Part shown: piece after piece, positions 15,001 to 28,457 of the stretch
Position numbering within the stretch: the first letter of the stretch is position 1
Layout of the letters: each line of letters begins with the position of its first letter
Assembly (NCBI GenBank): GCA_964016885.1
Contig: OZ024743.1
Span: forward strand, 332,692,001-332,756,000
Origin: Eledone cirrhosa
Lineage: Eukaryota
DNA length: 64,000 nt
Direction: 5' to 3'
The notes under the pieces: model-generated
What the model saw: only the letters and a program-made list of their open reading frames with translations
Told to the model about the DNA's origin: nothing
Databases searched by the model: none
Position numbers and translations under genes: made by a program

Positions 15001-18000
15001 AATATATTGTAACACTGCCATAGAAAGCTGTACCTCAATATATTGTAACACTGCTGTAGGAAGCTGTACCTCACTATATTGTAACACTGCTGTAGGAAGC
15101 TGTATCTCAATATATTGTAACACTGCTGTAGGAAGCTGTACCTCAATATATTGTAACACTGCCATAGAAAGCTGTACCTCAATATATTGTAACACTGCTG
15201 TAGGAAGCTGTACCTCAATATATTGTAACACTGCTGTAGGAAGCTGTACCTCAATATATTGAAACACTGCTGTAGGAAGCTGTACCTCAATATATTGTAA
15301 CACTGCAATAGAAAGCTGTACCTCAATATATTGTAACACTGCCATAGAAAGCTGTACCTCAATATATTGTAACACTGCTATAGGAAGCTGTACCTCAATA
15401 TATTGTAACACTGCTGTAGGAAGCTGTACCTCAATATATTGTAACACTGCCATAGAAAGCTGTACCTCATTATATTGTAACACTGCCATAGAAAGCTGTA
15501 CCTCAATATATTGTAACACTGCCATAGAAAGCTGTACCTCAATATATTGTAACACTGCCATAGAAAGCTGTACCTCAATATATTGTAACACTGCTGTAGG
15601 AAGCTGTACCTCAATATATTGTAACACTGCTGTAGGAAGCTGTACCTCAATATATTGTAACACTGCTGTAGGAAGCTGTACCTCAATATATTGTAACACT
15701 GCCATAGAAAGCTGTACCTCAATATATTGTAACACTGCCATAGAAAGCTGTACCTCAATATATTGTAACACTGCTATAGGAAGCTGTACCTCAATATATT
15801 GTAACACTGCCATAGAAAGCTGTACCTCAATATATTGTAACACTGCCATAGAAAGCTGTACCTCAATATATTGTAACACTGCCATAGAAAGCTGTACCTC
15901 AATATATTGTAACACTGCTGTAGGAAGCTGTACCTCAATATATTGTAACACTGCTGTAGGAAGCTGTACCTCAATATATTGTAACACTGCCATAGAAAGC
16001 TGTACCTCAATATATTGTAACACTGCCATAGAAAGCTGTACCTCAATATATTGTAACACTGCTATAGGAAGCTGTACCTCAATATATTGTAACACTGCTG
16101 TAGGAAGCTGTACCTCAATATATTGTAACACTGCCATAGAAAGCTGTACCTCATTATATTGTAACACTGCCATAGAAAGCTGTACCTCAATATATTGTAA
16201 CACTGCCATAGAAAGCTGTACCTCAATATATTGTAACACTGCCATAGAAAGCTGTACCTCAATATATTGTAACACTGCCATAGAAAGCTGTACCTCAATA
16301 TATTGTAACACTGCTGTAGGAAGCTGTACCTCAATATATTGTAACACTGCTGTAGGAAGCTGTACCTCAATATATTGTAACACTGCCATAGAAAGCTGTA
16401 CCTCAATATATTGTAACACTGCTGTAGGAAGCTGTACCTCAATATATTGTAACACTGCTGTAGGAAGCTGTACCTCGAGATATCCCAACACTACTGTAGG
16501 AAGCTGTACCTCAATATATCCTAACACTACTGTAGGAAGCTGTACCTCGTGATATCCCAACACTACTGTAGGAAGCTGTACCTCGAGATATCCCAACACT
16601 GCTGTAGGAAGCTGTAGCTCGAGATATCCCAACACTACTGTAGGAAGCTGTACCTCAATATATCCCAACACTACTGTAGGAAGCTATACCTCAATATATT
16701 TTAACACTGCCATAGGAAGCTGTACCTCAATATATTGTAACACTGCCATAGGAAGCTGTACCTCAATATATTGTAACACTGCTGTAGGAAGCTGTACCTC
16801 AATATATTGTAACACTGCCATAGAAAGCTGTACCTCAATATATTGAAACCCTGCTGTAGGAAGCTGTACCTCAATATATTGTAACACTGCCATAGAAAGC
16901 TGTACCTCAATATATTGTAACACTGCTGTAGGAAGCTGTACCTCAATTTATTGTAACACTGCCATAGAAAGCTGTACCTCAATATTTTGTAACACTGCCA
17001 TAGAAAGCTGTACCTCAATATATTGTAACACTGCTATAGGAAGCTGTACCTCAATATATTGTAACACTGCTGTAGGAAGCTGTACCTCAATATATTGTAA
17101 CACTGCCATAGAAAGCTGTACCTCATTATATTGTAACACTGCCATAGAAAGCTGTACCTCAATATATTGTAACACTGCTGTAGGAAGCTGTACCTCAATA
17201 TATTGTAACACTGCTGTAGGAAGCTGTACCTCAATATATTGTAACACTGCCATAGAAAGCTGGACCTCAATATATTGTAACACTGCTGTAGGAAGCTGTA
17301 CCTCAATATATTGTAACATTGCCATAGAAAGCTATACCTCATTATATTGTAACACTGCCATAGAAAGCTGTACCTCAATATATTGTAACTCTGCCATAGA
17401 AAGCTGTACCTCAATATATTGTAACACTGCCATAGAAAGCTGTACCTCAATATATTGTAACACTGCTGTAGGAAGCTGTACCTCAATATATTGTAACACT
17501 GCTGTAGGAAGCTGTACCTCAATATATTGTAACACTGCTGTAGGAAGCTGTACCTCAATATATTGTAACACTGCCATAGAAAGCTGTACCTCAATATATT
17601 GTAACACTGCTGTAGGAAGCTGTACCTCAATATATTGAAACACTGCTGTAGGAAGCTGTACCTCAATATATTGAAACACTGCTGTAGGAAGCTGTACCTC
17701 AATATATTGTAACACTGCCATAGAAAGCTGTACCTCAATATATTGTAACACTGCTGTAGGAAGCTGTACCTCAATATATTGTAACACTACCATAGAAAGC
17801 TGTACCTCAATATATTGTAACACTGCTGTAGGAAGCTGTACCTCAATATATTGTAACACTGCTGTAGGAAGCTGTACCTCAATATATTGTAACACTGCCG
17901 TAGAAAGCTGTACCTCAATATATTGTAACACTGCTGTAGGAAGCTGTACCTCAATATATTGTAACACTGCCGTAGAAAGCTGTACCTCAATATATTGAAA

Positions 18001-21000
18001 CACTGCTGTAGGAAGCTGTACCTCAATATATTGAAACACTGCTGTAGGAAGCTGTACCTCAATATATTGTAACACTGCCATAGAAAGCTGTACCTCAATA
18101 TATTGTAACACTGCTGTAGGAAGCTGTACCTCAATATATTGTAACACTACCATAGAAAGCTGTACCTCAATATATTGTAACACTACCATAGGAAGCTGTA
18201 CCTCAATATATTGTAACACTGCCATAGGAAGCTGTACCTCAATATATTGTAACACTGCCATAGGAAGCTGTACCTCAATATATTGTAACACTGCCATAGG
18301 AAGCTGTACCTCAATATATTGTAACACTGCCAAAGGAAGCTGTAGCTCAATATATTGTAACACTGCCAAAGGAAGCTGTAGCTCAATATATTGTAACACT
18401 GCTGTAGGAAGCTGTAGCTCAATATATTGTAACACTGCTGTAGGAAGCTGTACCTCAATATATTGTAACACTGCTGTAGGAAGCTCTACCTCAATATATT
18501 GTAACACTGCTGTAGAAAGCTGTACCTCAATATATAGTAACACTGCCATAGAAAGCTGTACCTCAATATATTGTAACACTGCTGTAGGAAGCTCTACCTC
18601 AATATATTGTAACACTGCTGTAGGAAGCTGTACCTCGAGATATCCCAACAATGCTGTAGGAAGCTGTACCTCAATATATCCCAACACTACCGTAGGAAGC
18701 TGTACCTCGAGATATCCCAACACTACTGTAGGAAGCTGTACCTCAATATATCCCAACACTAATCTAGGAAGCTGTACCTCAATATATCCTAACACTGCTG
18801 TAGGAAGCTGTACCTCAATATATTGTAACACTGCCATAGAAAGCTGTACCTCAATATATTGTAACACTGCCATAGAAAGCTGTACCTCAATATATTGTAA
18901 CACTGCCATAGGAAGCTGTACCTCAATATATTGTAACACTGCTGTAGGAAGCTGTACCTCAATATATTGTAACACTGCCGTAGAAAGCTGTACCTCAATA
19001 TATCGTAACACTGCTGTAGGAAGCTCTACCTCAATATATTGTAACACTGCTGTAGAAAGCTGTACCTCAATATATAGTAACACTGCCATAGGAAGCTGTA
19101 CCTCAATATATAGTAACACTACCATAGGAAACTGTACCTCAATATATTGTAACACTACCATAGGAAGCTGTACCTCAATATATTGTAACACTGCCATAGG
19201 AAGCTGTACCTCAATATATTGTAACACTGCCATAGGAAGCTGTACCTCAATATATTGTAACACTGCCAAAGGAAGCTGTAGCTCAATATATTGTAACGCT
19301 GCTGTAGGAAGCTGTAGCTCAATATATTGTAACACTGCTGTAGGAAGCTGTACCTCAATATATTGTAACACTGCCAAAGGAAGCTGTACCTCAATATATT
19401 GTAACACTGCTGTAGGAAGCTGTACCTCAATATATTGTAACACTGCCATAGGAAGCTGTATCTCAATATATTGTAACACTGCTGTAGGAAGCTGTACCTC
19501 AATATATTGTAACACTGCCATAGGAAGCTGTACCTCAATATATTGTAACACTGCTGTAGGAAGCTGTACCTCAATATATTGTAACACTGCCATAGAAAGC
19601 TGTACCTCAATATATAGTAACACTGCTGTAGGAAGCTCTACCTCTATATATTGTAACACTGCCATAGGAAGCTGTACCTCAATATATTGTAACACTGCCA
19701 TAGGAAGCTGTACCTCAATATATTGTAACACTGCCATAGGAAGCTGTAGCTCAATATATTGTAACACTGCTGTAGGAAGCTGTACCTCAATATATTGTAA
19801 CACTGCTGTAGGAAGCTGTACCTCAATATATTGTAACACTGCTGTAGGAAGCTCTACCTCAATATATTGTAACACTGCCGTAGAAAGCTGTACCTCAATA
19901 TATTGTAACACTGCCATAGAAAGCTGTACCTCAATATATTGTAACACTGCTGTAGGAAGCTCTACCTCTATATATTGTAACACTGCTGTAGGAAGCTCTA
20001 CCTCAATATATTGTAACACTACTGTAGGAAGCTGTACCTCGAGATATCCCAACACTGCTGTAGGAAGCTGTACCTCAATATATCCCAACACTACTGTAGG
20101 AAGCTGTACCTCGAGATATCCCAACACTGCTGTAGGAAGCTGTACCTCAATATATCCTAACACTGCTGTAGGAAGCTGTACCTCGAGATATCCCAACACT
20201 ACTGTAGGAAGCTGTACCTCGAGATATCCCAACTCTACTGTAGGAAGCTGTACCTCAATATATCCTAACACTGCTGTAGGAAGCTGTACCTCGAGATATC
20301 CCAACACTACTGTAGGAAGCTGTACCTCGAGATATCCCAACTCTACTGTAGGAAGCTGTACCTCAATATATCATAACACTGCTGTAGGAAGCTGTACCTC
20401 GAGATATCCCAACACTACTGTAGGAAGCTGTACCTCAATATATTGTAACACTGCTGTAGGAAGCTCTACCTCAATATATTGTAACACTGCTGTAGGAAGC
20501 TGTACCTCAATATATCCCAACACTACTGTAGGAAGCTCTACCTCAATATATTGTAACACAGCTGTAGGAAGCTGTACCTCGAGATATCCCAACACTACTG
20601 TAGGAAGCTCTACCTCAATATATCATAACACTACTGTAGGAAGCTGTACCTCGAGATATCCCAACACTGCTGTAGGAAGCTGTACCTCAATATATCCCAA
20701 CACTACTGTAGGAAGCTGTACCACAATATATCCCAACACTACTGTAGGAAGCTCTACCTCAATATATTGTAACACAGCTGTAGGAAGCTGTACCTCGAGA
20801 TATCCCAACACTACTGTAGGAAGCTGTACCTCAATATATCATAACACTACTGTAGGAAGCTGTACCTCGAGATATCCCAACACTACCATAGAAAGCTGTA
20901 CCTCAATATATTGTAACACTACCATAGGAAGCTGTACCTCAATATATTGTAACACTGCCATAGGAAGCTGTACCTCAATATATTGTAACACTGCCATAGG

Positions 21001-24000
21001 AAGCTGTACCTCAATATATTGTAACACTGCCATAGGAAGCTGTACCTCAATATATTGTAACACTGCCAAAGGAAGCTGTAGCTCAATATATTGTAACACT
21101 GCCAAAGGAAGCTGTAGCTCAATATATTGTAACACTGCTGTAGGAAGCTGTAGCTCAATATATTGTAACACTGCTGTAGGAAGCTGTACCTCAATATATT
21201 GTAACACTGCTGTAGGAAGCTCTACCTCAATATATTGTAACACTGCTGTAGAAAGCTGTACCTCAAAATATAGTAACACTGCCATAGAAAGCTGTACCTC
21301 AATATATTGTAACACTGCTGTAGGAAGCTCTACCTCAATATATTGTAACACTGCTGTAGGAAGCTGTACCTCGAGATATCCCAACACTGCTGTAGGAAGC
21401 TGTACCTCAATATATCCCAACACTACCGTAGGAAGCTGTACCTCGAGATATCCCAACACTACTGTAGGAAGCTGTACCTCAATATATCCCAACACTAATC
21501 TAGGAAGCTGTACCTCAATATATCCTAACACTGCTGTAGGAAGCTGTACCTCAATATATTGTAACACTGCCATAGAAAGCTGTACCTCAATATATTGTAA
21601 CACTGCCATAGAAAGCTGTACCTCAATATATTGTAACACTGCCATAGGAAGCTGTACCTCAATATATTGTAACACTGCTGTAGGAAGCTGTACCTCAATA
21701 TATTGTAACACTGCCGTAGAAAGCTGTACCTCAATATATCGTAACACTGCTGTAGGAAGCTCTACCTCAATATATTGTAACACTGCTGTAGAAAGCTGTA
21801 CCTCAATATATAGTAACACTGCCATAGGAAGCTGTACCTCAATATATAGTAACACTACCATAGGAAACTGTACCTCAATATATTGTAACACTACCATAGG
21901 AAGCTGTACCTCAATATATTGTAACACTGCCATAGGAAGCTGTACCTCAATATATTGTAACACTGCCATAGGAAGCTGTACCTCAATATATTGTAACACT
22001 GCCAAAGGAAGCTGTAGCTCAATATATTGTAACGCTGCTGTAGGAAGCTGTAGCTCAATATATTGTAACACTGCTGTAGGAAGCTGTACCTCAATATATT
22101 GTAACACTGCCAAAGGAAGCTGTACCTCAATATATTGTAACACTGCTGTAGGAAGCTGTACCTCAATATATTGTAACACTGCCATAGGAAGCTGTATCTC
22201 AATATATTGTAACACTGCTGTAGGAAGCTGTACCTCAATATATTGTAACACTGCCATAGGAAGCTGTACCTCAATATATTGTAACACTGCTGTAGGAAGC
22301 TGTACCTCAATATATTGTAACACTGCCATAGAAAGCTGTACCTCAATATATAGTAACACTGCTGTAGGAAGCTCTACCTCTATATATTGTAACACTGCCA
22401 TAGGAAGCTGTACCTCAATATATTGTAACACTGCCATAGGAAGCTGTACCTCAATATATTGTAACACTGCCATAGGAAGCTGTAGCTCAATATATTGTAA
22501 CACTGCTGTAGGAAGCTGTACCTCAATATATTGTAACACTGCTGTAGGAAGCTGTACCTCAATATATTGTAACACTGCTGTAGGAAGCTCTACCTCAATA
22601 TATTGTAACACTGCCGTAGAAAGCTGTACCTCAATATATTGTAACACTGCCATAGAAAGCTGTACCTCAATATATTGTAACACTGCTGTAGGAAGCTCTA
22701 CCTCTATATATTGTAACACTGCTGTAGGAAGCTCTACCTCAATATATTGTAACACTGCTGTAGGAAGCTGTACCTCGAGATATCCCAACACTGCTGTAGG
22801 AAGCTGTACCTCAATATATCCCAACACTACTGTAGGAAGCTGTACCTCGAGATATCCCAACACTGCTGTAGGAAGCTGTACCTCAATATATCCTAACACT
22901 GCTGTAGGAAGCTGTACCTCGAGATATCCCAACACTACTGTAGGAAGCTGTACCTCGAGATATCCCAACTCTACTGTAGGAAGCTGTACCTCAATATATC
23001 CTAACACTGCTGTAGGAAGCTGTACCTCGAGATATCCCAACACTACTGTAGGAAGCTGTACCTCGAGATATCCCAACTCTACTGTAGGAAGCTGTACCTC
23101 AATATATCATAACACTGCTGTAGGAAGCTGTACCTCGAGATATCCCAACACTACTGTAGGAAGCTGTACCTCAATATATTGTAACACTGCTGTAGGAAGC
23201 TCTACCTCAATATATTGTAACACTGCTGTAGGAAGCTGTACCTCAATATATCCCAACACTACTGTAGGAAGCTCTACCTCAATATATTGTAACACAGCTG
23301 TAGGAAGCTGTACCTCGAGATATCCCAACACTACTGTAGGAAGCTGTACCTCAATATATCATAACACTACTGTAGGAAGCTGTACCTCGAGATATCCCAA
23401 CACTGCTGTAGGAAGCTGTACCTCAATATATCCCAACACTACTGTAGGAAGCTGTACCACAATATATCCCAACACTACTGTAGGAAGCTGTACCTCAATA
23501 TATTGTAACACTGCCATAGGAAGCTGTACCTCAATATATTGTAACACTGTTGTAGGAAGCTGTACCTCAATATATCCCAACACTACTGTAGGAAGCTGTA
23601 CCTCAATATATCACAACACTACTGTAGGAAGCTGTACCTCAATATATCCCAACACTGCTGTAGAAAGCTGTACCTCAATATATCCCAACACTGCTGTAGG
23701 AAGCTGTACCTCAATATATCCCAACACTACTGTAGGAAGCTGTACCTCAATATATCCCAACACTGCTGTAGAAAGCTGTACCTCAATATATCCCAACACT
23801 GCCATAGAAAGCTGTACCTCAATATATTGTAACACTGCCATAGAAAGCTGTACCTCAATATATTGTAACACTCCCATAGAAAGCTGTACCTCAATATATT
23901 GTAACACTGCCATAGGAAGCTGTACCTCAATATATTGTAACACTGCCATAGGAAGCTGTACCTCAATATATTGTAACACTGCTTTAGGAAGCTGTACCTC

Positions 24001-27000
24001 AATATATAGTAACACTGCCATAGGAAGCTGTACCTCAATATATAGTAACACTACCATAGGAAGCTGTACCTCAATATATAGTAACACTACCATAGGAAGC
24101 TGTACCTCAATATATTGTAACACTACCATAGGAAGCTGTACCTCAATATATTGTTACACTGCCATAGGAAGCTGTACCTCAATATATTGTAACACTGCCA
24201 AAGGAAGCTGTACCTCAATATATTGTAACACTGCCAAAGGAAGCTGTACCTCAATATATTGTAACACTGCCATAGGAAGCTGTACCTCAATATATTGTAA
24301 CACTGCTGTAGGAAGCTGTACCTCAATATATTGTAACACTGCTGTAGGAAGCTCTACCTCAATATATTGTAACACTGCCATAGAAAGCTGTACCTCAATA
24401 TATAGTAACACTGCTGTAGGAAGCTGTACCTCAATATATTGTAACACTGCCATAGGAAGCTGTACCTCAATATATTGTAACACTGCCATAGGAAGCTGTA
24501 GCTCAATATATTGTAACACTGCTGTAGGAAGCTGTACCTCAATATATTGTAACACTGCTGTAGGAAGCTGTACCTCAATATATTGTAACACTGCTGTAGG
24601 AAGCTCTACCTCAATATATTGTAACACTGCCGTAGAAAGCTGTACCTCAATATATTGTAACACTGCCATAGAAAGCTGTACCTCAATATATTGTAACACT
24701 GCTGTAGGAAGCTCTACCTCAATATATTGTAACACTGCTGTAGGAAGCTCTACCTCAATATATTGTAACACTGCCGTAGAAAGCTGTACCTCAATATATT
24801 GTAACACTGCCATAGAAAGCTGTACCTCAATATATTGTAACACTGCTGTAGGAAGCTCTACCTCAATATATCCCAACACTACTGTAGGAAGCTGTACCTC
24901 AAGATATCCCAACACTACTGTAGGAAGCTGTACCGCAAGATATCCCAACACTGCTGTAGGAAGCTGTACCTCGAGATATCCCAACACTGCTGTAGAAAGC
25001 TGTACCTCAATATATCCCAACACTGCTGTAGGAAGCTGTACCTCGAGATATCCCAACACTGCTGTAGGAAGCTGTACCTCGAGATATCCCAACACTACTG
25101 TAGGAAGCTGTACCTCGAGATATCCCAACACTACTGTAGGAAGCTGTCCCTCAATATATCCCAACACTACTGTAGGAAGCTGTACCTCGAGATATCCCAA
25201 CACTACTGTAGGAAGCTGTACCTCAATATATCCCAACACTAATGTAGGAAGCTGTACCTCAATATATCCTAACACTGCTGTAGGAAGCTGTACCTCAATA
25301 TATTGTAACACTGCCATAGAAAGCTGTACCTCAATATATTGTAACACTGCCATAGAAAGCTGTACCTCAATATATTGTAACACTGCCATAGGAAGCTGTA
25401 CCTCAATATATTGTAACACTGCTGTAGGAAGCTGTACCTCAATATATTGTAACACTGCCGTAGAAAGCTGTACCTCAATATATTGTAACACTGCTGTAGA
25501 AAGCTGTACCTCAATATATAGTAACACTGCCATAGGAAGCTGTACCTCAATATATAGTAACACTACCATAGGAAACTGTACCTCAATATATTGTAACACT
25601 ACCATAGGAAGCTGTACCTCAATATATTGTAACACTGCCATAGGAAGCTGTACCTCAATATATTGTAACACTGCCATAGGAAGCTGTACCTCAATATATT
25701 GTAACACTGCCAAAGGAAGCTGTAGCTCAATATATTGTAACGCTGCTGTAGGAAGCTGTAGCTCAATATATTGTAACACTGCTGTAGGAAGCTGTATTTC
25801 AATATATTGTAACACTGCTGTAGGAAGCTCTACCTCAATATATTGTAACACTGCTGTAGAAAGCTGTACCTCAATATATAGTAACACTGCCATAGAAAGC
25901 TGTACCTCAATATATTGTAACACTGCTGTAGGAAACTCTACCTCAATATATTGTAACACTGCTGTAGGAAGCTGTACCTCAATATATTGTAACACTGCTG
26001 TAGGAAGCTGTACCTCGAGATATCCCAACACTGCTGTAGGAAGCTGTACCTTGAGATATCCCAACACTGCTGTAGGAAGCTGTACCTCAATATATCCCAA
26101 CACTACTGTAGGAAGCTCTACCTCAATATATTGTAACACTGCCATAGAAAGCTGTACCTCAATATATTGTAACACTGCCATAGAAAGCTGTACCTCAATA
26201 TATTGTAACACTGCCATAGGAAGCTGTACCTCAATATATTGTAACACTGCTGTAGGAAGCTCTACCTCAATATATTGTAACACTGCCATAGGAAGCTGTA
26301 CCTCAATATATTGTAACACTGCCATAGAAAGCTCTACCTCAATATATTGTAACACTGCCATAGGAAGCTGTACCTCAATATATTGTAACACTGCCATAGG
26401 AAGCTGTACCTCAATATATTGTAACACTGCCAAATGAAGCTGTACCTCAATATATTGTAACACTGCCATAGGAAGCTGTACCTCAATATATTGTAACACT
26501 GCTGTAGGAAGCTCTACCTCAATATATTGTAACACTGCCATAGAAAGCTGTACCTCAATATATAGTAACACTGCTGTAGGAAGCTGTACCTCAATATATT
26601 GTAACACTGCCATAGGAAGCTGTACCTCAATATATTGTAACACTGCCATAGGAAGCTGTACCTCAATATATTGTAACACTGCCATAGGAAGCTGTACCTC
26701 AATATATTGTAACACTGCTGTAGGAAGCTGTACCTCAATATATTGTAACACTGCTGTAGGAAGCTGTACCTCGAGATATCCCAACTCTACTGTAGGAAGC
26801 TGTACCTCAATATATCATAACACTGCTGTAGGAAGCTGTACCTCAATATATCCCAACACTGCTGTAGGAAGCTGTACCTCAATATATCATAACACTGCTG
26901 TAGGAAGCTGTACCTCAATATATCCCAACACTTCTGTAGGAAGCTGTACCTCAATATATCCCAACACTGCTGTAGAAAGCTGTACCTCAATATATCCCAA

Positions 27001-27658
27001 CACTACTGTAGGAAGCTGTACCTCAATATATCCCAACACTACTGTAGGAAGCTGTACCTCAATATATCCCAACACTGCTGTAGAAAGCTGTACCTCAATA
27101 TATCATAACACTGCTGTAGGAAGCTGTGCCTCAATATATCCCAACACTGCTGTAGGAAGCTGTACCTCAAGATATCCAAACACTGCTGTAGGAAGCTGTA
27201 CCTCGAGATATCCCAACACTGCTGTAGGAAGCTGTACCTCGAGATATCCCAACACTGCTGTAGGAAGCTGTACCTCAATATATCCCAACACTGCTGTAGG
27301 AAGCTGTACCTCGAGATATCCCAACACTGCTGTAGGAAGCTGTACCTCGAGATATCCCAACACTGCTGTAGGAGGCTGTACCTCAATATATCCTAACACT
27401 GCTGTAGGAAGCTGTACCTCGAGATATCCCAACACTACTGTAGGAAGCTGTACCTCGAGATATCCCAACACTACTGTAGGAAGCTGTACCTCAATATATC
27501 CCAACACTACTGTAGGAAGCTGTACCTCAATATATCCCAACACTACTGTAGGAAGCTGTACCTCGAGATATCCCAACACTACTGTAGGAAGCTGTACCTC
27601 AATATATCATAACACTGCTATAGAAAGCTGTACCTGGAGATATCGATATCCTAACACT
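1..27658. repeat. 36-bp tandem satellite/macrosatellite, about 768 head-to-tail units, begins before the window
   Basis: Consensus TAACACTGC(TG/CA)TAG(G/A)AAGCTGTACCTCAATATATTG repeats continuously with no spacers. Variant units include ...CTCGAGATATCCCAAC, ...TTGAAAC and ...AGCTCTAC. The array decays at 27630-27658 (TACCTGGAGATATCGATATCCTAACACTAA). Confidence 0.99.
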
Positions 27659-28366
27659 AAAGACTTGCTCTTAATATATGTAACTATATGGACTTCTCAA
27701 AAGCCTGATGGGAGAGTTAAACCAGACAAGATTGTTTTTAGTGTATTTAATTAGAAACATGAAAATGAAAGGGTTAATAGTTGATGTGCCATACCATTTC
27801 TGCTGAAATCTATACAACTATAGTCTGTACTCAGCTCAGGACCGTAGATCTGCTGTAAGTCTTATACTAGTGTCGTGCCTGGGTCTTTGGTGGCTGTTAC
27901 GTGTCTGGGTATGAGTCTCTGGCACCGATGTCTGGGTCTTTGGTGCTGGTGTCGTGTCTGAGTCTTGAGTGCTGGATTCTGGATCTCTGGCACCCGTGTC
28001 TGGGTCTTTGGTGTCGGTGTCATTCAATATTATGTTAAATAAATCCCTTAATTTTCTCCATTGCTTCCTCTTGTTGCTAAATTGTTTCTTGTGGTTATTC
28101 TACTTCCAGAAGTACAAAAAAGACAGCAAAAGAAAAGAAACTAGCTGCCAGTTGATAAGCTCTAAAAAATATTCCTTTGGTAAGATTTCATTTATTTATT
28201 TACTTGTTAACTAAGCCTCTGCATGGTCACGCTACCTGCTAGAAATAGCAGTCTTCAAAAAAATAAAAACAGCTTACTGTCTCAAAAATGAACTGACATG
28301 TATGATGTGGTCTCTGTTATACAAAAAGTACAAATGGTCACAGCTTAAACACTCTTTGCTCAATCA

Positions 28367-28457
28367 GAACTAAACAAAAACAATTCCTGGAACTAAACAA
28401 AAACAATTCCTGGAACTAAACAAAAACAATTCCTGGAGCTAAACAAAAACAATTCCT
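28367..28457. repeat. 23-bp minisatellite x4
   Basis: GAACTAAACAAAAACAATTCCTG repeated four times nearly perfectly. Confidence 0.9.

Noticed and set aside
140-18034. Poly-selenocysteine protein from TGT->TGA changes at Cys codons
   Set aside because: TGA is the only one-step stop from TGT and was spread by duplication. Other stops and frameshifts occur, and I recognised no SECIS.
1029-27579. Long minus-strand ORFs (IEVQLPTAVLQY)n and (LRYSFLQQCYNI)n, up to 1002 aa
   Set aside because: They are by-products of a stop-free 36-bp unit: overlapping frames are open at once, and they are broken by recurrent stops and frameshifts.
1-27658. CRISPR array (36-bp repeats)
   Set aside because: Units are directly adjacent with no unique spacers, there are no cas genes, and the context is eukaryotic.
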